Made by a program: the position numbers and the translations under genes
Assembly: GCA_030262895.1 (NCBI GenBank)
Contig: JAJSZW010000001.1
Span: 16,360 to 80,359 of the forward strand
Source: Deltaproteobacteria bacterium
Lineage (GTDB): Bacteria > Desulfobacterota > Desulfobacteria > Desulfobacterales > ETH-SRB1
Direction of reading: 5' to 3'
DNA length: 64,000 bases
Shown here: positions 47,307 to 56,594 of the stretch, piece by piece
How positions within the stretch are numbered: position 1 is the first letter of the stretch
Layout: every line of letters starts with the position of its first letter
The notes under the pieces: model-generated
The model's input: only the letters and a program-made list of their open reading frames with translations
The model's database searches: none
Told to the model about the DNA's origin: nothing

Positions 47307-47445
47307 CAGATGAATTGATACTCTATATTGCATGATGCGACCAATGTAACACTGTGTATAGTATGCTGATTTTTAGCGCCTAAGCGCAGATTCCCTTTTT
47401 TTAAGTGAAATCAAGAGGATATATATTTTAGTATCAATTCATGTG
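47307..47445. repeat. Small palindromic element at the right edge of the island
   Basis: cagatgaattgatact (47307..47322) and agtatcaattcatgtg (47430..47445) are 15/16 complementary, flanking ~107 nt. Confidence 0.6.
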
Positions 47446-47460
47446 CGAAGATCTATAGGT

Positions 47461-50175
47461 TTAATTATAATTGTCGCTCATATTGCGCAGAACGTAAGCC
47501 AGTATCCCGCCATGCCTGTAGTAACTGAGTTCTATTGGAGAATCAATTCTTGCAATGACCCGGAATTCAGTTTTTTTGCCGTCTTTTCCTTGAGCAAAAA
47601 CACTGAGTTCCTTCAACGGCTCAAATTTATTTTCTATTCCAGCTACTTCATAAATCTCTGTTCCATCCAGACCCAGGGATTTATGGTTTTCACCCTGTTT
47701 GAACTGGAGCGGCAGGATTCCCATACATATTAGGTTGCTTCTGTGTATGCGTTCAAAACTTTCAGCAATTACCGCCTTTATACCTATGAGATATGTTCCC
47801 TTGGCGGCCCAGTCGCGTGAACTGCCGGTACCATAATTTTTTCCTGCAATTACAAGCAATGGCGTAGCTTCTTTTTGGTATTGCATTGCCGCTTCATATA
47901 TTGTCATTTTTTGTCCATCTGGTAAAAAAACCGTCCAGCCGCCGTCAATGCCGGGTACAAGCTTATTTTTTAAGCGGATGTTTCCAAATGTTCCTCTCAG
48001 CATTACTTCATGATTCCCGCGGCGTGAACCAAACGAATTAAACTCAGAAGGAGTTAAACCCTGGTCGATAAGATATGCCCCTGCCGGGCTGTCAACCGGA
48101 ATTACCCCTGCCGGCGATATGTGATCGGTTGTTATGCTATCGCCCAGCAATGCCAGAATCCTGGCTCTTTTTATATCCTGAAGTTCAGGAATTGTTTTGT
48201 TTATGTCTTTTAAAAAAGGGGGTTCTTTGATGTATGTGGATTTTGAGTCCCAATTAAAGAGTGTTCCTTCAGGAACAGGGAGAGTTTTCCATTGATTTGA
48301 TCCTTCAAACGCATTTTCATAAGCTTTTTTATACATTTCAGGACGTATAACTCTTTTCACGGTGTTTTTAATTTCTTCTGTGGATGGCCAGATTTCACGA
48401 AGATATACAGGCTTGTCGTTGTTATCCAATGCAATTGGTTCTTTATCAAAATCAATATTTATCTTTCCGGAAATTGCAAAAGCAATGACTAATGCCGGTG
48501 AAGCGAGGAAATTCGCTCTGGTAAGAGGAGAAATTCTTCCTTCAAAATTGCGGTTGCCGCTGACAACAGATGCTGCCACAAGGTCATGGTCTTTTACCGC
48601 ATCAGCTACCGCCTTTGGCAGAGGGCCGCTGTTTCCAATACAGGTAGCACATCCATATGCCACAAGATGGAACTTTAAAGCCTCAAGATACGGCATAAGC
48701 TCTGCTGCTTTTAGATAATTGATTGCAGCTTTTGATCCTGGAGCAAAGCTGGTTTTGACCCATGGTTTTACTGATAGTCCCCGTTCAACGGCTTTTTTGG
48801 CCAGCAGTCCTGCGCCGATCAGGACATTTGGATTTGATGTATTGGTACAGCTTGTGATTGATGCAATTACAACTGATCCGTGGCTGATCTTAAATTTTTC
48901 GCCATGCATATCTATATCAATTTCATTTTTTATACTAACTTCTGTAGATGGTCCGTCAGTTGAAGACGCATCCTTAAAGTCATTTAAAAAAGTTTTTTTG
49001 ATTTTAGAGAGAGGAATTCTTTCTTGTGGACGTCTTGGGCCTGCCATGCTCGGCTCTATGTCGCTCATGTCGAGTTGTATTGTATCGTTAAAAAGCGGAT
49101 CTTCCGTTGTTTTTGTTCTGAAAAGCCCCTGTTCTTTACAATAGCTTTCTATCAGGGTAATAACTTTTTCAGAGCGACCGGTTAAACGAAGGTATTTTAT
49201 TGTTTCATCATCCACAGGGAAAAAACCCATTGTTGCACCATATTCAGGAGCCATATTTGCTATAGTAGCACGATCTTCCAAGCTTAAGGCATTAACGCCG
49301 GGTCCAAAGAATTCAACAAATTTTCCAACCACTCCTTTTTTTCGCAGTAACTCGGTAATGGTGAGCACCAGATCTGTGGCTGTTGTTCCTTCAGGTAGTT
49401 CGCCGGTTAATTGAAAACCTGTCACTTGTGGCGTAAGCAGGTAATATGGACTGCCCAGCATAACAGCTTCCGCCTCTATACCTCCGACGCCCCAGCCGAC
49501 CACACCGATTCCATTGATCATTGTTGTATGTGAATCAAGGCCGACAAGGGTGTCAGGGAAAGCCATCCTCTGGCCGTCATTATTTTTGACAAATATAACT
49601 CTTGCAAGATATTCCAGGTTTACCTGGTGTATTATACCCGTGGCTGGAGGTACGACGCTTAAATTTTCGAAATTTTTCTGGCCCCATCGCAAAAAGGTGT
49701 ATCGCTCAAAATTACGTTTGAATTCTTTTTTAACATTATATTCAAAAGATTCTTTGGACCCAAAAGAATCAACCTGAACCGAATGGTCTATGACCAGCTC
49801 AACAGGAATATGAGGATTTATCTTTATTGGATTTATCTGCAAACGTTTTGCAGCTTCACGCATACCAGCCATATCCACTAAAGAGGGGACTCCGGTAAAA
49901 TCCTGCAACAGTATGCGGGCAGGCATAAAAGGCACTTCATGATATACCGGGGCATCAGCTTTCCATCCGGCCATATTTTCTATATCGCTTTTTTTTATAA
50001 TATTACTGTCTTCATTTCTAACAAGGTTTTCAAGCAAGATTTTTATGCTAAAGGGCAATCGGTCAATTCCAGTAAAACCGGAATCCGCTAATTTGCTGAG
50101 ACTGAAATAATTAACTTGACCATCTGAAGTGTTTAAGGTGGATTTTGTTCCAAAACTGTTCTTGAAATCAGCCAT
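47461..50175 (-). CDS. acnA: Aconitate hydratase A
   Basis: 904 aa. AcnA/IRP-type aconitase throughout, with Fe-S ligand regions (ITSCTNTSNP, YGCATCIGNSG). Confidence 0.95.
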   Translation of the reverse strand: MADFKNSFGTKSTLNTSDGQVNYFSLSKLADSGFTGIDRLPFSIKILLENLVRNEDSNIIKKSDIENMAGWKADAPVYHEVPFMPARILLQDFTGVPSLVDMAGMREAAKRLQINPIKINPHIPVELVIDHSVQVDSFGSKESFEYNVKKEFKRNFERYTFLRWGQKNFENLSVVPPATGIIHQVNLEYLARVIFVKNNDGQRMAFPDTLVGLDSHTTMINGIGVVGWGVGGIEAEAVMLGSPYYLLTPQVTGFQLTGELPEGTTATDLVLTITELLRKKGVVGKFVEFFGPGVNALSLEDRATIANMAPEYGATMGFFPVDDETIKYLRLTGRSEKVITLIESYCKEQGLFRTKTTEDPLFNDTIQLDMSDIEPSMAGPRRPQERIPLSKIKKTFLNDFKDASSTDGPSTEVSIKNEIDIDMHGEKFKISHGSVVIASITSCTNTSNPNVLIGAGLLAKKAVERGLSVKPWVKTSFAPGSKAAINYLKAAELMPYLEALKFHLVAYGCATCIGNSGPLPKAVADAVKDHDLVAASVVSGNRNFEGRISPLTRANFLASPALVIAFAISGKINIDFDKEPIALDNNDKPVYLREIWPSTEEIKNTVKRVIRPEMYKKAYENAFEGSNQWKTLPVPEGTLFNWDSKSTYIKEPPFLKDINKTIPELQDIKRARILALLGDSITTDHISPAGVIPVDSPAGAYLIDQGLTPSEFNSFGSRRGNHEVMLRGTFGNIRLKNKLVPGIDGGWTVFLPDGQKMTIYEAAMQYQKEATPLLVIAGKNYGTGSSRDWAAKGTYLIGIKAVIAESFERIHRSNLICMGILPLQFKQGENHKSLGLDGTEIYEVAGIENKFEPLKELSVFAQGKDGKKTEFRVIARIDSPIELSYYRHGGILAYVLRNMSDNYN

Positions 50176-50306
50176 ATGACCTCCGAACTCTGCTAAGTTA
50201 GTAACACTTTAGCTTTTTTACAAAAAAAGACTCTAAAAAACATAAAAAAATTAACTTTACAACCTTTTGTTATTAAATTTAGTAATTGCTTATCATTTTT
50301 TTATTC

Positions 50307-50335
50307 TTGACAAGATGCAGTAATTTGTTTATAAG
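50307..50335 (+). promoter_or_regulatory. Candidate sigma-70 promoter
   Basis: TTGACA (50307..50312), 17-nt spacer, TATAAG (50330..50335). About 125 nt upstream of the 50461 ORF. Confidence 0.45.
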
Positions 50336-50460
50336 ATAAAAGTTAAAAGCTTGATACATATGTTTTACTGCTTGTTTTTGTTATTAATTTGTTTGAGTGT
50401 CATCAAGTTGGCGTAGGAGTCACTTTTTTATAAATACGATTTTAGGAGTGTGCCCGAGAT

Positions 50461-50991
50461 ATGAGGCTGAATAATTTATTAGAGCGAAATAAAGATGGTA
50501 TTGTAAAACAATGGCTGGTCTCAGCTATTGATAACTATCCTGCCGACAGTGCCAAATTTATGAAGAGCCAGAAAGATCCTTTTGCCAATCCGGTTGGAAA
50601 TACTCTTTCTGTAAATTTAGGGCCGCTTTTCGACGAACTTCTTAATGAAATGGATTATGAATCCATAACATCTTATCTTTATCCTATTTTAAGAATCAGA
50701 GCTGTACAGCCCATTTTATCCACTTCACAATCAACCGGCTTTATCTTTTTGTTAAAAAAGGTTATCAGAGAGGTTTTAAAAAAAGAACTTTCAGATTCTG
50801 ATATTTCAAAAGAGTTGTTACATTTTGAATCAAAGATAGATGAACTAACTTTAATTGCCTTTGATGTTTATCTAAAATGCAGGGAGAAGGTTTATGATAT
50901 AAAGGCAAAAGAGGAGAGAAACAGAACCTTCCGCGCATTTGAGAGGGCGGGTTTGTTAACTGAGATTCCGGCAGATGGACCGAGTCTCTGA
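50461..50991 (+). CDS. Hypothetical protein upstream of dsrMKJOP (possibly an RsbRD-N-like domain)
   Basis: 176-aa ORF with coding-like composition. The family guess rests only on my recollection of similar genes and is weak. Confidence 0.45.
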   Translation: MRLNNLLERNKDGIVKQWLVSAIDNYPADSAKFMKSQKDPFANPVGNTLSVNLGPLFDELLNEMDYESITSYLYPILRIRAVQPILSTSQSTGFIFLLKKVIREVLKKELSDSDISKELLHFESKIDELTLIAFDVYLKCREKVYDIKAKEERNRTFRAFERAGLLTEIPADGPSL

Positions 50992-51075
50992 AGATTCAAA
51001 TATTACTATGGAGGCTTCAGGCAGCAAGTAAAAGGTTGTTCAAAATAAGTTTGAAAGTTGCTGTGAAGCCATAGA

Positions 51076-51217
51076 GAGACCTTTGAAAAATGTTCAATTT
51101 TGTTCAAGTTCAAGGAAGGCGAAAATTTTAAATGTAGGAATACATTGAGTATTTCGAGGCTTAAAATTTGAGACTGACGCTGAAATTGGGCAAAAGGGGG
51201 CGTATTGCAAAGGTTTC
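51076..51217 (+). repeat. B-family nested-palindrome element, copy B2
   Basis: gagacctttgaaaaatg...gttcaaggaaggcgaaaattttaaatgtaggaatacattgagtatttcgaggcttaaaatttgag...cgtattgcaaaggtttc. Ends 14 nt before the dsrM ATG. Confidence 0.85.
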
Positions 51218-51230
51218 GTAGAGCGAGGTA

Positions 51231-52238
51231 ATGTTAATGAATGAAAAGTATTTGTATTCCCTCATGGCAGTTATTGCTCTTTTTCTGGTTGCCTATGCGG
51301 GCGTTGAAGCGATAGGGCTTCAGTGGCTATTCGGGATCATTATTCCCTACCTGGCCTTGATTACATTTATTGTGGGATTTGTGATGCGAGTTAATGACTG
51401 GGCGCGTTCTCCAGTTCCATTTGCTATTCCCACAACATGCGGTCAGCAAGAATCACTTCCATGGATTAAACCCAGTAAGATTGATAATCCATTTTCAACA
51501 GGCGGCGTTATAATAAGGATGGCCCTGGAAATATTGTTATTCCGTTCCTTATTCAGGAATACAACATGCAAAATAAACGAAGGGCCAGTGATTTCTTATG
51601 TATGGGAAAAGTGGCTGTGGTTGTTTTCACTGGCGTTTCACTATTCATTCCTTGTAGTGCTGGTGAGACATCTGCGTTTTTTTCTTGAGCCCGTTCCTGT
51701 GTGTTTTCAAATTCTTGATAAGATTGACGGGTTTCTCCAGATCGGGCTGCCTGGTGTCATGATTTCCGGTGTGGTTCTTCTGGCGGCGGCAATGTTTTTG
51801 CTTCTCAGGAGAATAATAATCTCACAGGTAAGATATTTTTCACTTGCCGCAGACTTTTTTCCCTTATTCCTCATTATCGGTATCGCCGTATCCGGAATTA
51901 TGATGCGATATTTTACAAAGGTAGATATCGTTGGCGTTAAAGAGCTGACAATGGGTCTGGTAACATTTCATCCACACATTCCGGATGGGATTGGTGCCAT
52001 TTTTTATGTTCATGTATTTTTTGTCAGTGTTCTGCTGGCATATTTTCCTTTCAGTAAACTAATGCATTTAGGTGGGGTATTCCTGAGTCCGACGAGAAAT
52101 CTCCGTTGTAACACCAGGGCTCATAGACACATAAATCCTTGGAATCCAAAAGTTAAGGTTCATACATATGCAGAGTATGAAGATGATTTTAGGGAAAAAA
52201 TGATAGAAGCTGGACTCCCAGTGGAAAAGGAGTTATAA
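51231..52238 (+). CDS. dsrM: DsrM, membrane diheme cytochrome b (NarI-like) of the DsrMKJOP complex
   Basis: 335 aa, multi-TM, NarI/HdrE-like. First gene of a dsrMKJOP-ordered operon. Confidence 0.85.
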   Translation: MLMNEKYLYSLMAVIALFLVAYAGVEAIGLQWLFGIIIPYLALITFIVGFVMRVNDWARSPVPFAIPTTCGQQESLPWIKPSKIDNPFSTGGVIIRMALEILLFRSLFRNTTCKINEGPVISYVWEKWLWLFSLAFHYSFLVVLVRHLRFFLEPVPVCFQILDKIDGFLQIGLPGVMISGVVLLAAAMFLLLRRIIISQVRYFSLAADFFPLFLIIGIAVSGIMMRYFTKVDIVGVKELTMGLVTFHPHIPDGIGAIFYVHVFFVSVLLAYFPFSKLMHLGGVFLSPTRNLRCNTRAHRHINPWNPKVKVHTYAEYEDDFREKMIEAGLPVEKEL

Positions 52239-53899
52239 TGGCAGATTTAAAACCAGATGAACTAATTGCAAGGACAGATTTTACTCCGCCCAGAACAGGG
52301 TGGATGGACACCCCCACTGTAATTAGAGAGGGGATGTTTTGCTATGCTGCTAAACCTAAGAGCGTTGAAACACTTGGCCTTCCATATCCAAGAGAATGGA
52401 ATCCGCTTCATGATGACTGGAAACTTCCCGAAAATTGGAAAGAAATCATTATAGAGGGGATGAAGGACAGGCTGGAAAGGTTTAGAACATTTAAAATTTT
52501 CATGGACATTTGTGTGCGTTGCGGTGCCTGCGCTGACAAATGTCATTTTTTTATCGGAACAGGCGATCCCAAAAACATGCCTGTTGTTCGAGCAGAGCTT
52601 CTCAGGTCGATATACAGAAATGAATTTACCAAGGCCGGCAAAATACTTGGCAGGCTGGCCGGAGCAAGGGAGCTTACTTTGGATGTTCTGAAAGAGTGGT
52701 GGTATTATTTCTTTCAGTGCAGTGAATGCAGGCGATGTTCGGTATTCTGCCCTTATGGTATTGATACGGCAGAAATCACAATGATGGGCAGAGAGTTGCT
52801 TAATCTCTTGGGCTTAAACATAGACTGGATCGCAACCCCGGTAGCAAATTGCTACATGACAGGAAATCACATGGGAATCCAGCCGCAAGCATTTGTAGAT
52901 ATGCTGGATTTTTTTGCTGATGAAATTGAAGACACAACCGGCGTAAGGGTTCACCCGACATACAACAAGAAAGGTGCAGATATCCTGTTTACAACTCCTT
53001 CCGGCGATGTATTCGGCGATCCAGGCACATATACTGCTATGGGGTATATGATACTTTTCCATTATTTAAAGGAGAAATACGGGCTCGATGTTACATGGAG
53101 TACGTTTAATTCTGAAGGTGGAAATTTTGGCCTTTTTACCTCGAACGAGGTAATGAAAAGGTTGAATATAAAAATGTATGCCGAGGCAAAAAGGCTTGGT
53201 GTTAAATGGATTCTTGGCGGTGAATGCGGTCACATGTGGCGGGCGATAAACCAGTATATGGATACCATGAACGGTCCTGCTGATTTCCTTGAAGAACCGG
53301 TTAATCCAATAACAGGCACTAAGTTTGAGAATGCAAAATCCACAAAAATGGTACATATTGTTGAATTTACTGCCGATCTGATCAAACACAACAAGCTGGA
53401 ACTTGATCCCAGCCGAAATGATAATTTAAAGGTTACTTTTCATGATTCATGCAACCCAGCCAGGGGTATGGGAATGTTTGATGAACCACGGTATGTAATC
53501 AAGAATGTATGTAATAATTTTTATGAGATGCCGAGGAATTGTATTCGGGAACAAACTTTTTGTTGTGGAAGTGGATCAGGGCTTAATGCAAGTGAAGATA
53601 TGGAATTGAGGTTGTCCGGTGGATTGCCCAGGGCAAATGCAGTAAAATATGTTCAAGAAAAACACGGGGTTAATATGCTGGCCTGTATTTGTGCAATTGA
53701 CAGGGCGGTTCTTCCACCGTTAATGGGGTACTGGGTTCCCGAAGTAGATGTTACCGGCATTCACGAGTTAGTAACTAATGCCTTGATAATACCCGGTGAA
53801 CAGGAAAAAACAGTGAACTTGCGTGGAGAAGATATTCTTAATAAGGATGAGGTTGGTCCTGATGAATATTATACACGCCCTGATTTTTCCGGCCGGTAG
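52238..53899 (+). CDS. dsrK: DsrK, HdrD-like iron-sulfur catalytic subunit
   Basis: 553 aa. Two ferredoxin-type motifs (CVRCGACADKC, CSECRRCSVFCP) and a CCG domain (FCCGSGSG). Confidence 0.9.
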   Translation: MADLKPDELIARTDFTPPRTGWMDTPTVIREGMFCYAAKPKSVETLGLPYPREWNPLHDDWKLPENWKEIIIEGMKDRLERFRTFKIFMDICVRCGACADKCHFFIGTGDPKNMPVVRAELLRSIYRNEFTKAGKILGRLAGARELTLDVLKEWWYYFFQCSECRRCSVFCPYGIDTAEITMMGRELLNLLGLNIDWIATPVANCYMTGNHMGIQPQAFVDMLDFFADEIEDTTGVRVHPTYNKKGADILFTTPSGDVFGDPGTYTAMGYMILFHYLKEKYGLDVTWSTFNSEGGNFGLFTSNEVMKRLNIKMYAEAKRLGVKWILGGECGHMWRAINQYMDTMNGPADFLEEPVNPITGTKFENAKSTKMVHIVEFTADLIKHNKLELDPSRNDNLKVTFHDSCNPARGMGMFDEPRYVIKNVCNNFYEMPRNCIREQTFCCGSGSGLNASEDMELRLSGGLPRANAVKYVQEKHGVNMLACICAIDRAVLPPLMGYWVPEVDVTGIHELVTNALIIPGEQEKTVNLRGEDILNKDEVGPDEYYTRPDFSGR

Positions 53900-53935
53900 T
53901 GGGAACCCGATTTTGAGTAATGTAAGTAATGGGGG

Positions 53936-54355
53936 ATGAAACCTATGTATGATAAAAACAAGATAGTTGCCGGCTTGGTTATTTTTGTTGCAATTGTAAC
54001 ATTGCCTTTTTGGTATAATTTAGGAAAAGCAACTTCCGCACCTGAGCCAAAGTTGTCTGAAAAGGCTAAAGCTGCAAAAGAATGTGTTGTGCCTAAAGTG
54101 GATATGAAATCAGAGCATATGCAGATTCTTGACCTGTGGAGAGATACAGTAGTGCGGGATGCCAACAGGGCTTACAATACCGGCAAAGGTAAGACATTTA
54201 ACATGAGCCTTTCCACTGGAGAAGATTCGTGCATGGGATGTCATGAGAATAAGGCTGAATTTTGTGATAAATGCCATAATTATGCTTCGGTAGACCCTTA
54301 CTGCTGGGATTGCCACATAGCGCCGAAGGAGAAGAAGCCGGAGGAGAATAAGTAA
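53936..54355 (+). CDS. dsrJ: DsrJ, periplasmic triheme cytochrome c
   Basis: 139 aa with an N-terminal TM anchor and three CXXCH motifs (CMGCH, CDKCH, CWDCH). Confidence 0.9.
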   Translation: MKPMYDKNKIVAGLVIFVAIVTLPFWYNLGKATSAPEPKLSEKAKAAKECVVPKVDMKSEHMQILDLWRDTVVRDANRAYNTGKGKTFNMSLSTGEDSCMGCHENKAEFCDKCHNYASVDPYCWDCHIAPKEKKPEENK

Positions 54356-55143
54356 TGGGAAACAGCAGAAGAAGCTTTTTGAAAGTAGCTGGAATAACAG
54401 CTTTAGGGATAGGGACAAAGCCGGTTCTTGATGTATTTGCTGCATCAGGAGGACACGGCGCAGAACCCAAACCGGAAGTCTCTCAAAATGAAGAAGCCCT
54501 AACAGCTAAGAGATGGGGAATGGTAATAGACACCAGGAAATTTCATTCAGCAGAGGATCTTGACCCGATTATTGAAGCCTGTCATAAGATCCATAATGTT
54601 CCAGAACTTACAGAGCCAAGACATAAGATTATGTGGCTTTGGGGGGATGAGTATAAACATGTCTTTACTCACAGGGAACATGAATTGATTAATGACAGAA
54701 TTAAACATCTGCCGTTCCTGGTATTATGCAATCACTGCGAAAAACCAGCATGTGTCAGAGCATGCCCTACAAAAGCAACATTTAAAAGGGATGACGGAAT
54801 TGTTTTGATGGACTTTCACCGGTGTATTGGGTGCAGATTCTGCATGGCGGCATGTCCATATGGATCAAGAAGTTTTAACTTCAGAGATCCGCGTCCTTTC
54901 ATCAAAGAGGAAAACAAGGAATTCCCCACGAGGATGAAGGGTGTTGTGGAAAAGTGCAATTTTTGTGCTGAAAGACTGGCTGTCGGCAAAATGCCGGCCT
55001 GCGTTGAGGCATCAAATGGTGCAATAACATTTGGTGATCTTGATGATTCTGAGTCGGAAGTAAGAGAAGTATTAAGAACAAACTACACTATTCGACGTAA
55101 ACCAGACCTTGGTGCTGGGCCGTCTGTTTACTACATAGTATGA
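54355..55143 (+). CDS. dsrO: DsrO, periplasmic ferredoxin-like iron-sulfur subunit
   Basis: 262 aa with a Tat-type signal (SRRSFLK) and several 4Fe-4S Cys motifs. Confidence 0.9.
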   Translation: MGNSRRSFLKVAGITALGIGTKPVLDVFAASGGHGAEPKPEVSQNEEALTAKRWGMVIDTRKFHSAEDLDPIIEACHKIHNVPELTEPRHKIMWLWGDEYKHVFTHREHELINDRIKHLPFLVLCNHCEKPACVRACPTKATFKRDDGIVLMDFHRCIGCRFCMAACPYGSRSFNFRDPRPFIKEENKEFPTRMKGVVEKCNFCAERLAVGKMPACVEASNGAITFGDLDDSESEVREVLRTNYTIRRKPDLGAGPSVYYIV

Positions 55144-55149
55144 TGTGAG

Positions 55150-56337
55150 GTGGTTATGCTTGAATTAGCTCTTAAAGGAGACAAAAAATACTGGGGATGG
55201 GTAATTGCATTGCTTGCCGTTATAGGTGTAGCCTTTGCTGTTTACCTGAAGCAGCTTGATTTTGGTTTGGGAATTACAGGTATGAGCAGAGATGTTTCCT
55301 GGGGTTTTTACATTGCTCAGTTTACATTTCTTGTCGGAGTAGCTGCAGGGGGTGTTATGGTAGTTCTTCCCAGATATCTGCACGATTATAAAGCATTCGG
55401 CAGAATTACGATTCTGGGAGAGTTTTTGGCTATTGCTGCAGTTGTAATGTGTTTATTGTTTATTATTGCTGACCTTGGGCAGCCGATGCGTGCATTTAAT
55501 GTTATATTGTATCCCACGCCAGGGTCCGTCCTTTTTTGGGATATGATCGTATTAAATGGTTACCTTTTGTTAAATATAGTAATCGGCTGGAATGTTCTTG
55601 AGGCTGAGCGAAACAATATTCATTATGCAAAGTGGGTGAAACCATTGATAATTACATCAATCATATGGGCACCAGCCATACATACGGTTACGGCATTTCT
55701 ATACTGCGGTTTACCTGGAAGAGGATTTTGGATGACTGCTATTCTTGCACCAAGATTTCTTGCCTCGGCTTTTGCTGCCGGTCCTGCATTGTTAATTTTG
55801 CTCTGCCTTATAATCAGAAAGGTTACTAAGTTTGATCCGGGAAGAGAGCAGATTCAATCTTTGGCTAAGATAGTTACTTATGCCATAATTATAAATGTAT
55901 TTTTCTTGCTGTGTGAAGTGTTTGTGGTATTCTACAGTAGAATACCGAGCCATATGTCCCATCTGCAATATCTTTTTGTCGGACTTCACGGGCATGGAGC
56001 TTTAGTTCCATGGATGTGGACATCGATGGCTCTTATGGCGACAAGTATCGTTTTACTGGTAATCCCTGCTGTAAGAAAGAATGAGAGTGTACTTGCTTTT
56101 GCCTGTGTGATTTTGTTCATAGGTACCTGGATTGATAAGGGCATGGGTATGATATCAGGTGGTTTTGTACCCAACCCGCTTCATCATGTTACTGAATATA
56201 TGCCTACGCTACCTGAAATCCTTATCACCCTTGGTGTATATGCAACCGGACTTCTTGTATTAACAATTCTATTCAAGGTCGCTGTGGGCGTTAAGGAAGA
56301 AGTTTCAGGCGTAAAAGATACTTGTGAGAGTTGCTAA
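55150..56337 (+). CDS. dsrP: DsrP, NrfD/PsrC-family integral membrane subunit
   Basis: 395 aa, ~10 TM, NrfD-like. Last gene of the operon. Confidence 0.85.
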   Translation: MVMLELALKGDKKYWGWVIALLAVIGVAFAVYLKQLDFGLGITGMSRDVSWGFYIAQFTFLVGVAAGGVMVVLPRYLHDYKAFGRITILGEFLAIAAVVMCLLFIIADLGQPMRAFNVILYPTPGSVLFWDMIVLNGYLLLNIVIGWNVLEAERNNIHYAKWVKPLIITSIIWAPAIHTVTAFLYCGLPGRGFWMTAILAPRFLASAFAAGPALLILLCLIIRKVTKFDPGREQIQSLAKIVTYAIIINVFFLLCEVFVVFYSRIPSHMSHLQYLFVGLHGHGALVPWMWTSMALMATSIVLLVIPAVRKNESVLAFACVILFIGTWIDKGMGMISGGFVPNPLHHVTEYMPTLPEILITLGVYATGLLVLTILFKVAVGVKEEVSGVKDTCESC

Positions 56338-56412
56338 GTATAAGAAATAGAAATAATTATCGCTGATTAAAAAAGGGTTTGTTCTATTAATTGGACAAGC
56401 CCTTTTTATTTT

Positions 56413-56584
56413 GTGACTACTCACGTAGTCAGGCTGAAGCTGTTTAGGCTGAAGGCTGAAGGGGTCAAAAAAGCACGATTGCAGTACTTTGGCGGAAATA
56501 TCTGATTCTTGCACCAAACATGGCTTCAAAATGCGCTTTTCCCTAACAGTCTTCAGCCTTCAGCCTATCCACCTGAGTAGTTAC
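56413..56584 (-). repeat. A-family MITE-like element, copy A2 (inverted)
   Basis: gtgactactcacgtagtcaggctgaag...cttcagccttcagcctatccacctgagtagttac. Its reverse complement aligns with A1 at ~90% identity, with one indel near one end. Lies between convergent dsrP and fdhD. Confidence 0.85.
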
Positions 56585-56594
56585 TTTATTTTAA

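Noticed and set aside
51231-56337. The five-gene redox membrane complex considered as a candidate novel system.
   Set aside because: Gene order and motifs (NarI-like, HdrD-like CCG, triheme c, Tat ferredoxin, NrfD) are the textbook DsrMKJOP complex of sulfate reducers.
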